From NCBI GenBank assembly GCA_039811685.1, contig JBDHZC010000002.1, positions 32,001 through 96,000 of the forward strand: DNA of 64,000 nt. Reading direction: 5' to 3'. Of the stretch, positions 9,098 to 18,246 are shown piece after piece; position 1 is the first letter of the stretch; the number at the start of each line of letters is the position of its first letter. Position numbers and translations under genes: made by a program. The notes under the pieces are model-generated. The model worked only from the letters and a program-made list of their open reading frames with translations, did no database searches and had not been told where the DNA came from. This DNA is from Armatimonadota bacterium (GTDB taxonomy: Bacteria; Armatimonadota; UBA5829; DSUL01).

Positions 9098-10704
9098 TGG
9101 TTCGCCGCAGCCATCCGAGGATCGGCAGTTGAGCTTACCACGTCAATGCGGTTCTTCACACCCGCCACTATCTGGCTCTCCCGCCCACGGATCATCTTCA
9201 GATTTGGCGGGAGGCCTTCGGCCACTTCCGCGAGGACAGCCAGAAAAGTTGCAGAGGCGTTCTTGACGCCGCGCTGCACCGCCCGGTCAGTCAGGGCCAC
9301 TCTGCCGCGCTCGCTGTAAAGCACATCTGAGTAGCGCGCCACCAGGTCCGGCAGTCTTCTCACAACGCGCTTCACGGGGAGGGTCTGCGGCGCGTCCTCA
9401 CCAGGCGCACTTTCCCCTGACGCCGTCGCTGCCGAAACATCCGCGACAGAGACTGCGCTCTGTGCCTCAGACGCCACCCGCACAGCTTCATCCCCGTAGG
9501 CATACCTCTTCCGGACTGGCTCCTCACCAACCTGGACAGACACTTCCGTCACAGGAATTCTGAAGAACTTATCCGCCAGATAGTAAGACCTGAACGCCTC
9601 CCGTATCTGTGCCACCTGGAACGCGCGGGACTTTCGCCCCGCGTCCTGAAAGATCGCGACAAGTCTCTTGTCCTCGATAATCAACTTCACCGCATCCTGC
9701 GAAGTCTTGACCTCGCCGGTCAGCGGATCGCGCACAAAAAGCTCACCCTGCCGCACGTCAATGCCATGATCAGAAAAGAAGCGTTTGAACTCGTTGGCAG
9801 GCTTTCGCGCCTGAGCGTCTTTCATACGCTGCAGCACCCGGACAAGTGAGTGTCCGGCCGCGCGCTCACCTGTCGTAAACTGGATGAACCCGACCGAAAC
9901 ATAACCCGTGTCCCAGGTGTTTATCGCGTCAAATCCGCCCTCCCTTGCGGAGACTCTGAGCAGTACTCGACGGGTGACCTCATCGGTGACGCCGGCCTCG
10001 CGGAAAAGATTTTCCAAGCCGTCCATCAGCCGGGCTGGAGAGCCGGAGTCACTGACACCCCTGTCGTGGAGAAGAAACGGCGTGTCAGGGCTGATCGGAT
10101 CTCCGCGGTAGTAGTAAACAGCTCGGTTCCACGGCAGCACAACCTTGTATCCGTAAAAGCGTTGGAAGCCGGTAGCGGGAGGTGGAGAAATTCGCCGCCT
10201 CACTTCCCGCGCATTGAAAAGTGGGGATACGGCCGCTGCGGGCCCTTCGCCTGCCAGGCATCGGGTCGCTTCATGCGCGTGATACTTGTGAAACCAGCGC
10301 CTCAGTTCCTGAGCCTCCGTCGTCAGTCCCGCCTTATCCAGCTTCTTGAGCGCGTTTTGAAAAGCGACACGCCAGAGTGTGTAACCAGGAGTCTCCCGCG
10401 CGTGGTCGCGCGGCTGCGGGGGCGGCACTCCGTTCCACCCGTCACCGCTGTCGTCGCTCAGGCTCCCGGCCTGCGTGGTCATTTCGGAAGGAAGAAGCGC
10501 GGCCCGGCTATCCAGCCCGGACACAGGATAAACAATAGCTTTGTCAGAGGAAGAGGCCTTCGGATGATACGGCGTCAGCCACATCAGAAGCATCGTCAGG
10601 CCGCCAGCCACAACAATGGCGACTGTTGCGATACCGTCACGTCCGCATTTCCGCAGACGTGAAAGCACCCCCCTGCCTTTTTCGTGCCTTCCAGAATCTC
10701 TCAT
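9094..10704 (-). CDS. Membrane-anchored protein with lysozyme-like (putative peptidoglycan hydrolase) domain
   Basis: N-terminal TM helix; SAREGGFDAINTWD..VSVGFIQFT resembles lysozyme-fold Glu...GxxQ motif. Confidence 0.55.
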   Translation of the reverse strand: MRDSGRHEKGRGVLSRLRKCGRDGIATVAIVVAGGLTMLLMWLTPYHPKASSSDKAIVYPVSGLDSRAALLPSEMTTQAGSLSDDSGDGWNGVPPPQPRDHARETPGYTLWRVAFQNALKKLDKAGLTTEAQELRRWFHKYHAHEATRCLAGEGPAAAVSPLFNAREVRRRISPPPATGFQRFYGYKVVLPWNRAVYYYRGDPISPDTPFLLHDRGVSDSGSPARLMDGLENLFREAGVTDEVTRRVLLRVSAREGGFDAINTWDTGYVSVGFIQFTTGERAAGHSLVRVLQRMKDAQARKPANEFKRFFSDHGIDVRQGELFVRDPLTGEVKTSQDAVKLIIEDKRLVAIFQDAGRKSRAFQVAQIREAFRSYYLADKFFRIPVTEVSVQVGEEPVRKRYAYGDEAVRVASEAQSAVSVADVSAATASGESAPGEDAPQTLPVKRVVRRLPDLVARYSDVLYSERGRVALTDRAVQRGVKNASATFLAVLAEVAEGLPPNLKMIRGRESQIVAGVKNRIDVVSSTADPRMAAANQ

Positions 10705-11017
10705 CAGTTATACAGTCAGCGAATCCCCAGAGAGCCACCGCCATTGCGGGACCCTGGCGCGTACGCCTCCAGTAATTATGTCATCCCCGGCCACACTTCC
10801 GTAGCGCCGCGTTCAAAAACAGACCCTTCGTGAGCCCGGAAGCCGCGCCACCGAAGCGCAATGCCGAGCCACGGAGAATAACGGTTGCAGGAGGTCAGGG
10901 AGTTCCAGCGGATGACGCGCCGCAGATTGCAGCCGCCTTCGCAGGTGGAGAACGTAACAAAACAGCGCCGCAGCATCCTTCCGGGTGCAGAACCGAATCG
11001 CAAACGGGGAGAACAAA

Positions 11018-11105
11018 CGGAGAGGGCGAGATTCGAACTCGCGCTGGGGACAGGCCCCAGGACAGTTTTCAAGACTGTTGCCTTAAACCACTCGGCCACC
11101 TCTCC
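11018..11105 (-). tRNA. tRNA-Ser (anticodon TGA)
   Basis: GGAGAGG acceptor stem, D-loop GAGTGGTTTAAGG, ACAGT-CTTGAAA-ACTGT anticodon arm, long variable arm, GTTCGAATC; CCA not encoded. Confidence 0.97.
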
Positions 11106-11150
11106 GCAGAGGCTTCCACAGACAGATGCGCCTGCGCGAAACTTCCACCT

Positions 11151-11180
11151 ATTGTAACCCGCAGCCGGTTTGCGCGGCAA
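11151..11180 (-). promoter_or_regulatory. Putative sigma70 promoter of tRNA-Ser
   Basis: TTGCCG-N18-TACAAT about 45 nt upstream of the tRNA. Confidence 0.5.
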
Positions 11181-11499
11181 TGTGCCCGGAACCCGGCAAA
11201 CTCCGCAGTTTATCCGTGGAATTGCCCGAGATTTGGGGAAATCAGGTAGTTTTGCTAGCGGCAAACAGGCTCATCTGGGTGGTTTTGCGCAAGCGAGCGT
11301 GCTACAATGGGTATGGCAATTCTGTCGGAAGGGCCTGTGAGTTGTCGGCGGTGCGGCTGAAGCAACCCCCTATCTGAGCAGATTTCCTCGAAAAGCGGCG
11401 GCCAGTCGCCGCTTTCAACTTATAGACTTTCAGGCATATCGGGCCTGGAAAAAGTTTTTGCTCGGTTTTCGTCGCGAGCACCTGGGAATACGTGTCATC

Positions 11500-12303
11500 A
11501 TGCTACATCTTTTGAGGGGAAGAACGATAGCCGGGGGAATTGCGGCCGTGACATCTGCCGTATTAGCGACGCTCCTAATTGCGCCACCAGCCGCAATGGC
11601 AGACCCTGGTACCAACTCGATCGCTTTGACAATTTTCGGATCAACTTCTCAGGGAGTATCCGGCGCTGGCCTGTCCGGCCAGATAATGGGCGCCTACAAC
11701 CGGAAAGACCCTACCGCGGCGCCCAGTGTCCCCGCCTCACCCGTCTCACTGAACACTCCCGTCATCCAGATCCGCAACGAGTCCACTTCCGGCGCTGCGC
11801 TCACGGGCTTTTCACTCACTATCAACGACAACTCTCATGTCTTTGACTGGGCAGTGCTGGAGTCGGCCGGGCGGATGGATGGCTCAGCGTTCAACGGGCT
11901 CGCCTGGACGCAGATACTCCCAGAGCTGCCAGACAACAACAGCCTCGGTGGTCTGGATCCAGTTTCCTCCGTTCTGCAGTATGCCTTCGAAGGGTTTGAT
12001 GTGGGCGAGTATTTTGAGTTTCAGACAGACATCGATCCGGGCATTGTAGATTTCCGGCCGATTCTGTTCAACCCGGCTACGCCGGCCACGGTGAGCTTCA
12101 CGTTTTCAGACGGCACTTCCGTCAGCCACGCTCTGGCCTCAGGTGTATCTCTGGCAGGCCCGGGAAATCAGCGTAACTTCCAGATTCCGCTTCAAATCCC
12201 AGCCCTTATTCCGGAGCCCGCCTTCCTGCAACTTGGGGCGCTCGGCGCAATGGGCGCAATGGGATTTTTCAGAGCGAGAAAGCGCAGTACGGCAGAGCGC
12301 TAA
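11500..12303 (+). CDS. PEP-CTERM sorting-domain protein
   Basis: Signal peptide ..PPAAMA; C-terminus IPEPAFLQLGALGAMGAMGFFRARKR. Confidence 0.85.
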   Translation: MLHLLRGRTIAGGIAAVTSAVLATLLIAPPAAMADPGTNSIALTIFGSTSQGVSGAGLSGQIMGAYNRKDPTAAPSVPASPVSLNTPVIQIRNESTSGAALTGFSLTINDNSHVFDWAVLESAGRMDGSAFNGLAWTQILPELPDNNSLGGLDPVSSVLQYAFEGFDVGEYFEFQTDIDPGIVDFRPILFNPATPATVSFTFSDGTSVSHALASGVSLAGPGNQRNFQIPLQIPALIPEPAFLQLGALGAMGAMGFFRARKRSTAER

Positions 12304-12335
12304 TTACTTCAAGAGCTGATTCTCTCAAACGAACA

Positions 12336-12369
12336 AGCGCCGGGCCAAATGGCCTGGCGCTCTTTTTTT
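12336..12369 (+). terminator. Rho-independent terminator
   Basis: agcgccgggcca-aa-tggcctggcgct followed by a T-tract. Confidence 0.8.
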
Positions 12370-12414
12370 CTAACTGCTGTCTCCGCAACCCTGCGAAGTT
12401 AGAAAGCGTCCAGC

Positions 12415-14433
12415 CTACTCTGCCGCACTCAGCACCTGAATGTCTGAGACCGTGCGCGCCCGCACCACGGATCGCAGGTCTGACCCGTCCTTGCGTAGAC
12501 CGGAGATGCCTGTCACCGCCACAAAGTCACCAGCCATTACGGGCGCGGTGAAGCTCGCTGTCTCCACTCTGACAGACCCGTTATCAGCAAACGCGCCGTC
12601 CGTTATCGTAATATGATCCTGCGCGGTAGTGAGAACCCGCCCGAACACGCGCATCAAGAGCCCCACCGTAGAAAGGTTCTGCGCTCCCTGGCTCGTCCCC
12701 GTCTGTCCAGCGCCACTCATCGGATTGTAAGAAAACGGGCCACTTTGGAGGTCGTCGCCCGAGGTAGCCAGCGCTCGTGGCTCACCCGGGTGCGAGAGTG
12801 TCCGCCAGCCAGCGTCTGAGAGCGTGCGCTCTCCGTCAACCGTCGCCAAAACTCCGGCCACCTCCACGCTGTCTCCGCTTGCGCCAGTCATCGCCTCAAC
12901 GCCGATACCGCTGGAGCGATCGACCGCCTGCACGTACCCCCGTCCAGACGTCTGCGCTGCGTCACTCGTGCGCACCACGCCCTGCAAAAGCACCGCCTTG
13001 CCGTCAGCCAGCAGCTTCGCAGCACCCGGAGAAGAAAAAGCGCTGTGGACAACCAGAATACCGTCACTGATGCCCGGAGCGCTCCACGGCCCCGTCGCTC
13101 CACGGGCGCGGACGTAAATGTAATAACGCTCACCCGGCGTCAAAGCCAGCGACGAAAGCGTCGTCTCAACCGACACGCCCACAGACGTCCAACCTGTCAC
13201 AAACTCACCCGGATCAGCGCTCGGGCTGGTCCCCGCAGCCACTTCGTATTCAACCACGTCGCCAGCATCCGCGTCTGTCCACGTCGCGTGAAGCTGCGTC
13301 GTGCTCACAGTCCCCACACCGTCGTCCGCCACAACCGGAGAAGCCACAGTCGCCTGGGATGCGCCCAGCACCGCTCGCCAGGCCTGCACGCGTCCCTGTG
13401 GGTCCAGTCCCCGTCCCACAATAGTAGATCCGTCCGCGCTGATCGCGTTTGCGCGCTCAAGCTTCCATCCCGTAAGATCCAGCCCGTAGTCCTGCTCCAA
13501 TACCTGCTTCAACGGACGCATGTGGTGGGCGCTATCCCAGATGAAAGCCTCTGTGCCGGCGCTGCTCGTGCTCAGCCCAACCACGATCGAGCCGTCCCCG
13601 GATATCCCCGTCGCTTCACTGTAGAAGTCACCACCGGGAAGGTCTCCCAGCGCTTCAAACCCGTTGGCGCCGCTCCATCGGAACGCTTCCCATCCGTTGC
13701 TGGAAATGCTCGCCCCCGCCAGAAAAACGCCGTTGGCGGAAATCGCGTTGGCAGCGCTGAAAAAGCTGAGACCGCCGAGCGTAGATATCCCGACCGGACC
13801 TGTAACCCCTGTCCAGTAGGCTGCCTCGTAGCCCTGGGCTGTGTCCCCATATCCGGCGGAAATAGACCCGTCTGCGCTGACGGCTATTGCCTCACCATAG
13901 ACGTCGCCATCCGCCAGATCAGCCAGCGCCTGCATTCCAGACCCCTGCGTCCACCTGAACGCCTGACGCCCGTCCGCGGTGTCACTGGACCCAACCACCA
14001 CGGACCCATCCGCCGACACTCCGCGAGCCTGACTGAAAAATCCTCCGCCAGCCAGATCTCCCAGACCGGCCATGCCGGAACTCGTCCACCGGAAGGCTTC
14101 GCGCCCGTTGCTGGATTCGCTATCCCCAACAACAACGCTTCCATCTGCCGAGACTCCGAAAGCAGCGCTGAAAAAGCTGCCGCCCGCCAGATCGCCCAGT
14201 CCCTGCATCTGCGTCTGCGCCGTCCAGCGGAAAGCCTGTTCCCCGGAAGCGGACTGGCTGACGCCCACAACCACAGACCCGTCAGCAGAAACGGCCCGCG
14301 CATCGCTGTTGAACGCTCCTCCGCTGAGATCGCCAAGCCCTTCAAAGCTGGCGCCGGAGCTTGCTGTTGGCATGACCAGACACACGGCAGCAGCCAGGCA
14401 GACAGTGACAAAGATTCGGTGCAAAAAGTTCAA
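12415..14433 (-). CDS. Secreted HAF-repeat (TIGR02913-like) protein with FN3-like and C-terminal OB-fold-like domains
   Basis: About 7 repeats of GLGDL.GG.F.S.A.GVSADGSVVVG.S....G..AFRWT; signal peptide; TTG start. Confidence 0.8.
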   Translation of the reverse strand: MNFLHRIFVTVCLAAAVCLVMPTASSGASFEGLGDLSGGAFNSDARAVSADGSVVVGVSQSASGEQAFRWTAQTQMQGLGDLAGGSFFSAAFGVSADGSVVVGDSESSNGREAFRWTSSGMAGLGDLAGGGFFSQARGVSADGSVVVGSSDTADGRQAFRWTQGSGMQALADLADGDVYGEAIAVSADGSISAGYGDTAQGYEAAYWTGVTGPVGISTLGGLSFFSAANAISANGVFLAGASISSNGWEAFRWSGANGFEALGDLPGGDFYSEATGISGDGSIVVGLSTSSAGTEAFIWDSAHHMRPLKQVLEQDYGLDLTGWKLERANAISADGSTIVGRGLDPQGRVQAWRAVLGASQATVASPVVADDGVGTVSTTQLHATWTDADAGDVVEYEVAAGTSPSADPGEFVTGWTSVGVSVETTLSSLALTPGERYYIYVRARGATGPWSAPGISDGILVVHSAFSSPGAAKLLADGKAVLLQGVVRTSDAAQTSGRGYVQAVDRSSGIGVEAMTGASGDSVEVAGVLATVDGERTLSDAGWRTLSHPGEPRALATSGDDLQSGPFSYNPMSGAGQTGTSQGAQNLSTVGLLMRVFGRVLTTAQDHITITDGAFADNGSVRVETASFTAPVMAGDFVAVTGISGLRKDGSDLRSVVRARTVSDIQVLSAAE

Positions 14434-14757
14434 TTGAGATTCCCAGGAGGTGCGCAGTACGGCATAGGCTCAGGTTCACGGCCACAGCCCACTGTGACGT
14501 ACCCACAAGCCAGAACTCGAGTCAAATGTGGCGGGCCGAGCTCCCACTCCAACCGGACGCCCAGCGTCCGGGTCCCAGACAGGAGAAAGCCTCGTCCCTT
14601 CTAATGGTAAACGCCGCCTGCTGCCCTGTCAAGCGCAGCCGCAGGGGCTTTGTCCAGTTCGGTTATCGCGCCTCTACAGCTTGTGTTCCACGAACTGCGC
14701 CCTGCCCCAACAGACATTCGCCACTGAACCACAGCGGCGCATCCCCGCGAGCTCTCC

Positions 14758-17700
14758 CTACTTGATGCGCACCCGGTAGGAAACAGTTCTGGACTGCCCA
14801 CCTTCCAGCCTTGGAAGAACCCAGCGCACAGCGCCGTCCCGGGCGTCATAAACCCCTCCATCCGTTGCGCTGTCCTCCACATACACTGTGTTAGCCGGCA
14901 CCATTCCCTTCACCACCGCATTCACCGCCGGGCTGGAAGAGGTATTGGTGCAGGTTACAGTAAGCAGCACGCGGCTCCCCGGAATAGCCGTCTGCGGTGG
15001 AGAGGTGGTGGTCAGCTTGATGTAAGGATGACGCGGCTGCACATTCAGAGTCACAGTGGCAACGTTAGAATACTGATAGCCATCGCTCACCCTGAAAGTA
15101 AAGCTGTCCTGACCCGCAAAACCCGCCGCAGGCGTGTACAAAAGGTTGGGCGCGGCGCCTGTCAGAGTCCCATTCGCCGGCGGGTTGACAATCCGGTAGA
15201 TCAGTGGCCGGCTCTCAGGATCGGCCGCCAACAAAAGCAGCGGTTCAGGCTCCTCTGTCAACGCTCTCGAAAATCCATACGCAACAGGCGGCTCATTCAC
15301 AGCACTGCCGGAGACCGCAGGAAAAAGCTGAGACTGCGGGACGATCTCGAGAGCTTGCGTCGGGCTCGACCAACGCAGCTTCGCCTCCATCCACCCCTGC
15401 GCTTTGCTGTAATCCAGCTTGATGTCGTACTTCTTTCCAGCAACCAGATTGATCGTGCCGTGATTGTTGGATTGGCTACGCGGGTTGTCCCAGTTGTCAA
15501 TGACAAGCTCTTTGTTCACCCACAGGCGGCACTGCCAGCTTGTGCTGTTACCCCACGGCCCGCCAAGAGACACCTGAAATGTGTACGGCTCTGTGTAGCG
15601 AGGCACAACCTGTCCCTGCCAGCGCACGGAGAAGTGATCGTGCGCCCAGGATATCGGTGGGTTCAGATCCCAGTCAAAGTCAATCTCCGGGTCAACCCGT
15701 GTGAATACAAGCTGTCCAAAGATTACGGGAGCGCCATTGGAGAAACGGTTGAAGTAGTAATCGCCCGTCAGGCCGCTGCCTTGTCCCGGCACTACAGACG
15801 AAGCAGCGAAGTCCTGTTTCGCGCTGGCGGACCACGCCGGGGACTCATACCAGTTCGGCGAAAAGTTGAGTCCAGGCTTGGAAGGGCTGATCTTGTACGC
15901 GGCCCCCTGCACGAGCCCGTCCACCCGGTAGTTACCCTCCTCATCCGCCTGAACGCTCCGGTTTTCCCAACCGCTCACAATCATCTGAACGCCAGGAACA
16001 CCGTTGCCGCTGGCATCCGTAATCCGTCCGCTCAGACTGTACATCGGTGAGCTGGTGTCATAGATCTCAATCTCGCGCAGGTTCAGTTTGTGGGGCCCGG
16101 TCTGCCCGCCTGCCGCCACAACGTCCTGTGTCGCGCCACCGCCCCACGTCACATCGTGAACGAAGATTCGCAGCTTCCCGGTAGTCACCGGGGCAAAATG
16201 GTGTTGAAACACCCATCGGTCGGAGAAAAAGCTGTCAACAGAACAGCGCACCGGTGGTGTATAGACTTTGAAAGTCCGCGTCGGCTCCTGAATGTGGTCA
16301 ATGGTCACCCACTGCCCATCTTTGTCGTACTGCAGTTCGTAGTCCAGAAGCGTGCTTTGCGACTGCCAGGGTGGAGCAGCAAAGATGACCACGCGGTCAA
16401 CAGGGCGGACCTTGGGGAGGTCAATCTCTACCCACGCCGGAAAAACGCCGGTATCGTCAACCCACGGCCCCGCGCTTTGCCCCTGAGCGTAATACCAGTT
16501 CTCCAACTGCCCGTTGTTAATCCGGTCCAGATTGGCGCTTGAACCGGATGACTTGACCACAACGCCCGGAATACGCGCCAGGTTCGTTGACCACTCCTGA
16601 GGAACCACCTCTATCGTCTGGTCAGAGGCAATCTCCACGTAGACAGGCAACTCCGAAACCACCAGCGTCACCTTGCCGTCAACCACCTTGTAGTCCTGGG
16701 CGACGCCAAAGGCCGACACGCAGTGCAGGTCACCTGGCCCAGTCACCCGCAGCGTCACTTCCCCATCCGTGCTTCCGGCGCTCATAAACGCCGCAACCTT
16801 CTTCGAAGGCCCCGAGAACAGACTCCCCACGTACAGATTATTGCCGGACGCGCCAAAATCGTAGGCCTTGGAAAATGTCGTCCCCCACAGCTCTTCAGAC
16901 CAGACTCTGAGCAGAGGCGCCGCCGGGTTCAGGCTGCCGTCGTCATTCTCCCACCACGTAGGAAAGTCCCAGAAGCCATGACTCTTGTCATACCAGTAGT
17001 GGTTGTGCTCCTTCGGAATGCCAAACTGCTCATAGACCATCATCTGGACCATCGTCCAGCGCCCCTGGAGCCGCGGCTGGTAGGAGCCATAAACGGGAGC
17101 GAAGTAGCCCTGTTCTGTCTGCCACTTCTCGATATCGGCCTTCCCGTTCCGGGCAAGCGCTTTGTTTAGCTCTTCCAGAGAATGGCGGGCTAACCAGAGG
17201 TCTCCATTCACCGCGTTGTAGGCGTGAAAGGAAAACGCGTCTATATAGTCTCCACCACCGGCCTTGAAGAAATCATCAATCCATTTCAACTGTCCCGGCC
17301 CAATGCTGACCGTACCCGGCCCCATAACCTTCAGCGATGGATCCACGCTTTTTACCACCTCGTAAAAGGGCTTCATTTCGTTTTGCACAAACGTGGCGGC
17401 AGGGGTTCCCTGGGGCTCATTGCGTGGCTCCCAGTACTGGATGGTATCCCGAAAGTGGTTCACTATCTGACGCACGCCTTCAGTGTCGCTTGTCCCGTTT
17501 GGAAACGCGCACATAAGCACTCTCTTGCGCACAGGGTCAAACGGCAGATAGTACTGCTGATCCAGCGCCACATCTGCCTCCAACTTGGCTATCGCCTCGT
17601 CTGGCTTGCTCGCATCGGCCACGAAAAGGCGGAACGGCCCTGCGCCGATAACCCCGCGCATCTGAGAGTCCATGGAGTAGTAAGAGCCACCCGGCCCAAC

Positions 17701-18114
17701 ATTGGCTGCTGGAAGGTCAGGAAACCCCGGAGTGTTCCGGAAAATCACAAACGTCGTCCCGCCAACCACTGCCCCCCACGGCTCCTGGCTCACCGCTCCG
17801 TAGAGATAGAGCTTGTACCACCCCGGCTTGTGCACGTTGAGGGTTATCTGCGCTTGCACCGGACCCTGATCGACCATCTCGCCGTAGTAGTCGCGCACCT
17901 CATAGCGCACAGCGCCGGACTTGTTGAATGTAAACTGTACCGGCTGGCCCACGTAGAAAACGTTGTTTCGCTTCCCGGAAACGGCCGTTACGAGGTTTGT
18001 ACGTGGTAGATCCGAGCTCCAGCCTGCAAACAGCGGGCTACAAAGTAGCGAAAGCCCAGTCACAAGAACGATTACAGCGAGAACTCGGGAGGTTCGGCAG
18101 AGGGTGTGAAACAT
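14758..18114 (-). CDS. Secreted multidomain clan GH-A glycoside hydrolase (GH39-like) with discoidin/CBM-like, PA14, Ig/cadherin-like and DUF11-like domains
   Basis: WEPRNEP, AFSFHAY, WQTEQG; GLTGDYY..RVDPEIDFDW..FSVRWQG (PA14); YTPAAGFAGQDSFTF. Confidence 0.7.
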   Translation of the reverse strand: MFHTLCRTSRVLAVIVLVTGLSLLCSPLFAGWSSDLPRTNLVTAVSGKRNNVFYVGQPVQFTFNKSGAVRYEVRDYYGEMVDQGPVQAQITLNVHKPGWYKLYLYGAVSQEPWGAVVGGTTFVIFRNTPGFPDLPAANVGPGGSYYSMDSQMRGVIGAGPFRLFVADASKPDEAIAKLEADVALDQQYYLPFDPVRKRVLMCAFPNGTSDTEGVRQIVNHFRDTIQYWEPRNEPQGTPAATFVQNEMKPFYEVVKSVDPSLKVMGPGTVSIGPGQLKWIDDFFKAGGGDYIDAFSFHAYNAVNGDLWLARHSLEELNKALARNGKADIEKWQTEQGYFAPVYGSYQPRLQGRWTMVQMMVYEQFGIPKEHNHYWYDKSHGFWDFPTWWENDDGSLNPAAPLLRVWSEELWGTTFSKAYDFGASGNNLYVGSLFSGPSKKVAAFMSAGSTDGEVTLRVTGPGDLHCVSAFGVAQDYKVVDGKVTLVVSELPVYVEIASDQTIEVVPQEWSTNLARIPGVVVKSSGSSANLDRINNGQLENWYYAQGQSAGPWVDDTGVFPAWVEIDLPKVRPVDRVVIFAAPPWQSQSTLLDYELQYDKDGQWVTIDHIQEPTRTFKVYTPPVRCSVDSFFSDRWVFQHHFAPVTTGKLRIFVHDVTWGGGATQDVVAAGGQTGPHKLNLREIEIYDTSSPMYSLSGRITDASGNGVPGVQMIVSGWENRSVQADEEGNYRVDGLVQGAAYKISPSKPGLNFSPNWYESPAWSASAKQDFAASSVVPGQGSGLTGDYYFNRFSNGAPVIFGQLVFTRVDPEIDFDWDLNPPISWAHDHFSVRWQGQVVPRYTEPYTFQVSLGGPWGNSTSWQCRLWVNKELVIDNWDNPRSQSNNHGTINLVAGKKYDIKLDYSKAQGWMEAKLRWSSPTQALEIVPQSQLFPAVSGSAVNEPPVAYGFSRALTEEPEPLLLLAADPESRPLIYRIVNPPANGTLTGAAPNLLYTPAAGFAGQDSFTFRVSDGYQYSNVATVTLNVQPRHPYIKLTTTSPPQTAIPGSRVLLTVTCTNTSSSPAVNAVVKGMVPANTVYVEDSATDGGVYDARDGAVRWVLPRLEGGQSRTVSYRVRIK

Positions 18115-18246
18115 AGTTACCGACCTTATACGAGGCGTTGCTAGGCAGGCGGGAGAAAGAGCCCTGTCGCCTATTTGGGGTGGTCTGACCAGTGGACGCT
18201 CAGACACTTACATCCTTGTTTCATTATTCCACAAACTTCACGACTG

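Noticed and set aside
10705..11105. tRNA-Ser as an island integration site
   Set aside because: No integrase and no duplicated tRNA 3' end seen in the window
10776..11264. ORFs overlapping the tRNA
   Set aside because: Spurious; the tRNA explains the region
13045..14604. 519-aa plus-strand ORF
   Set aside because: Antisense shadow of the repetitive HAF gene; Arg/Pro-rich with no motifs
15028..16050. 340-aa plus-strand ORF, and similar ones at 19034-19936, 30658-31575, 49232-50245 and 57447-58424
   Set aside because: Antisense to well-supported genes, as expected in GC-rich DNA
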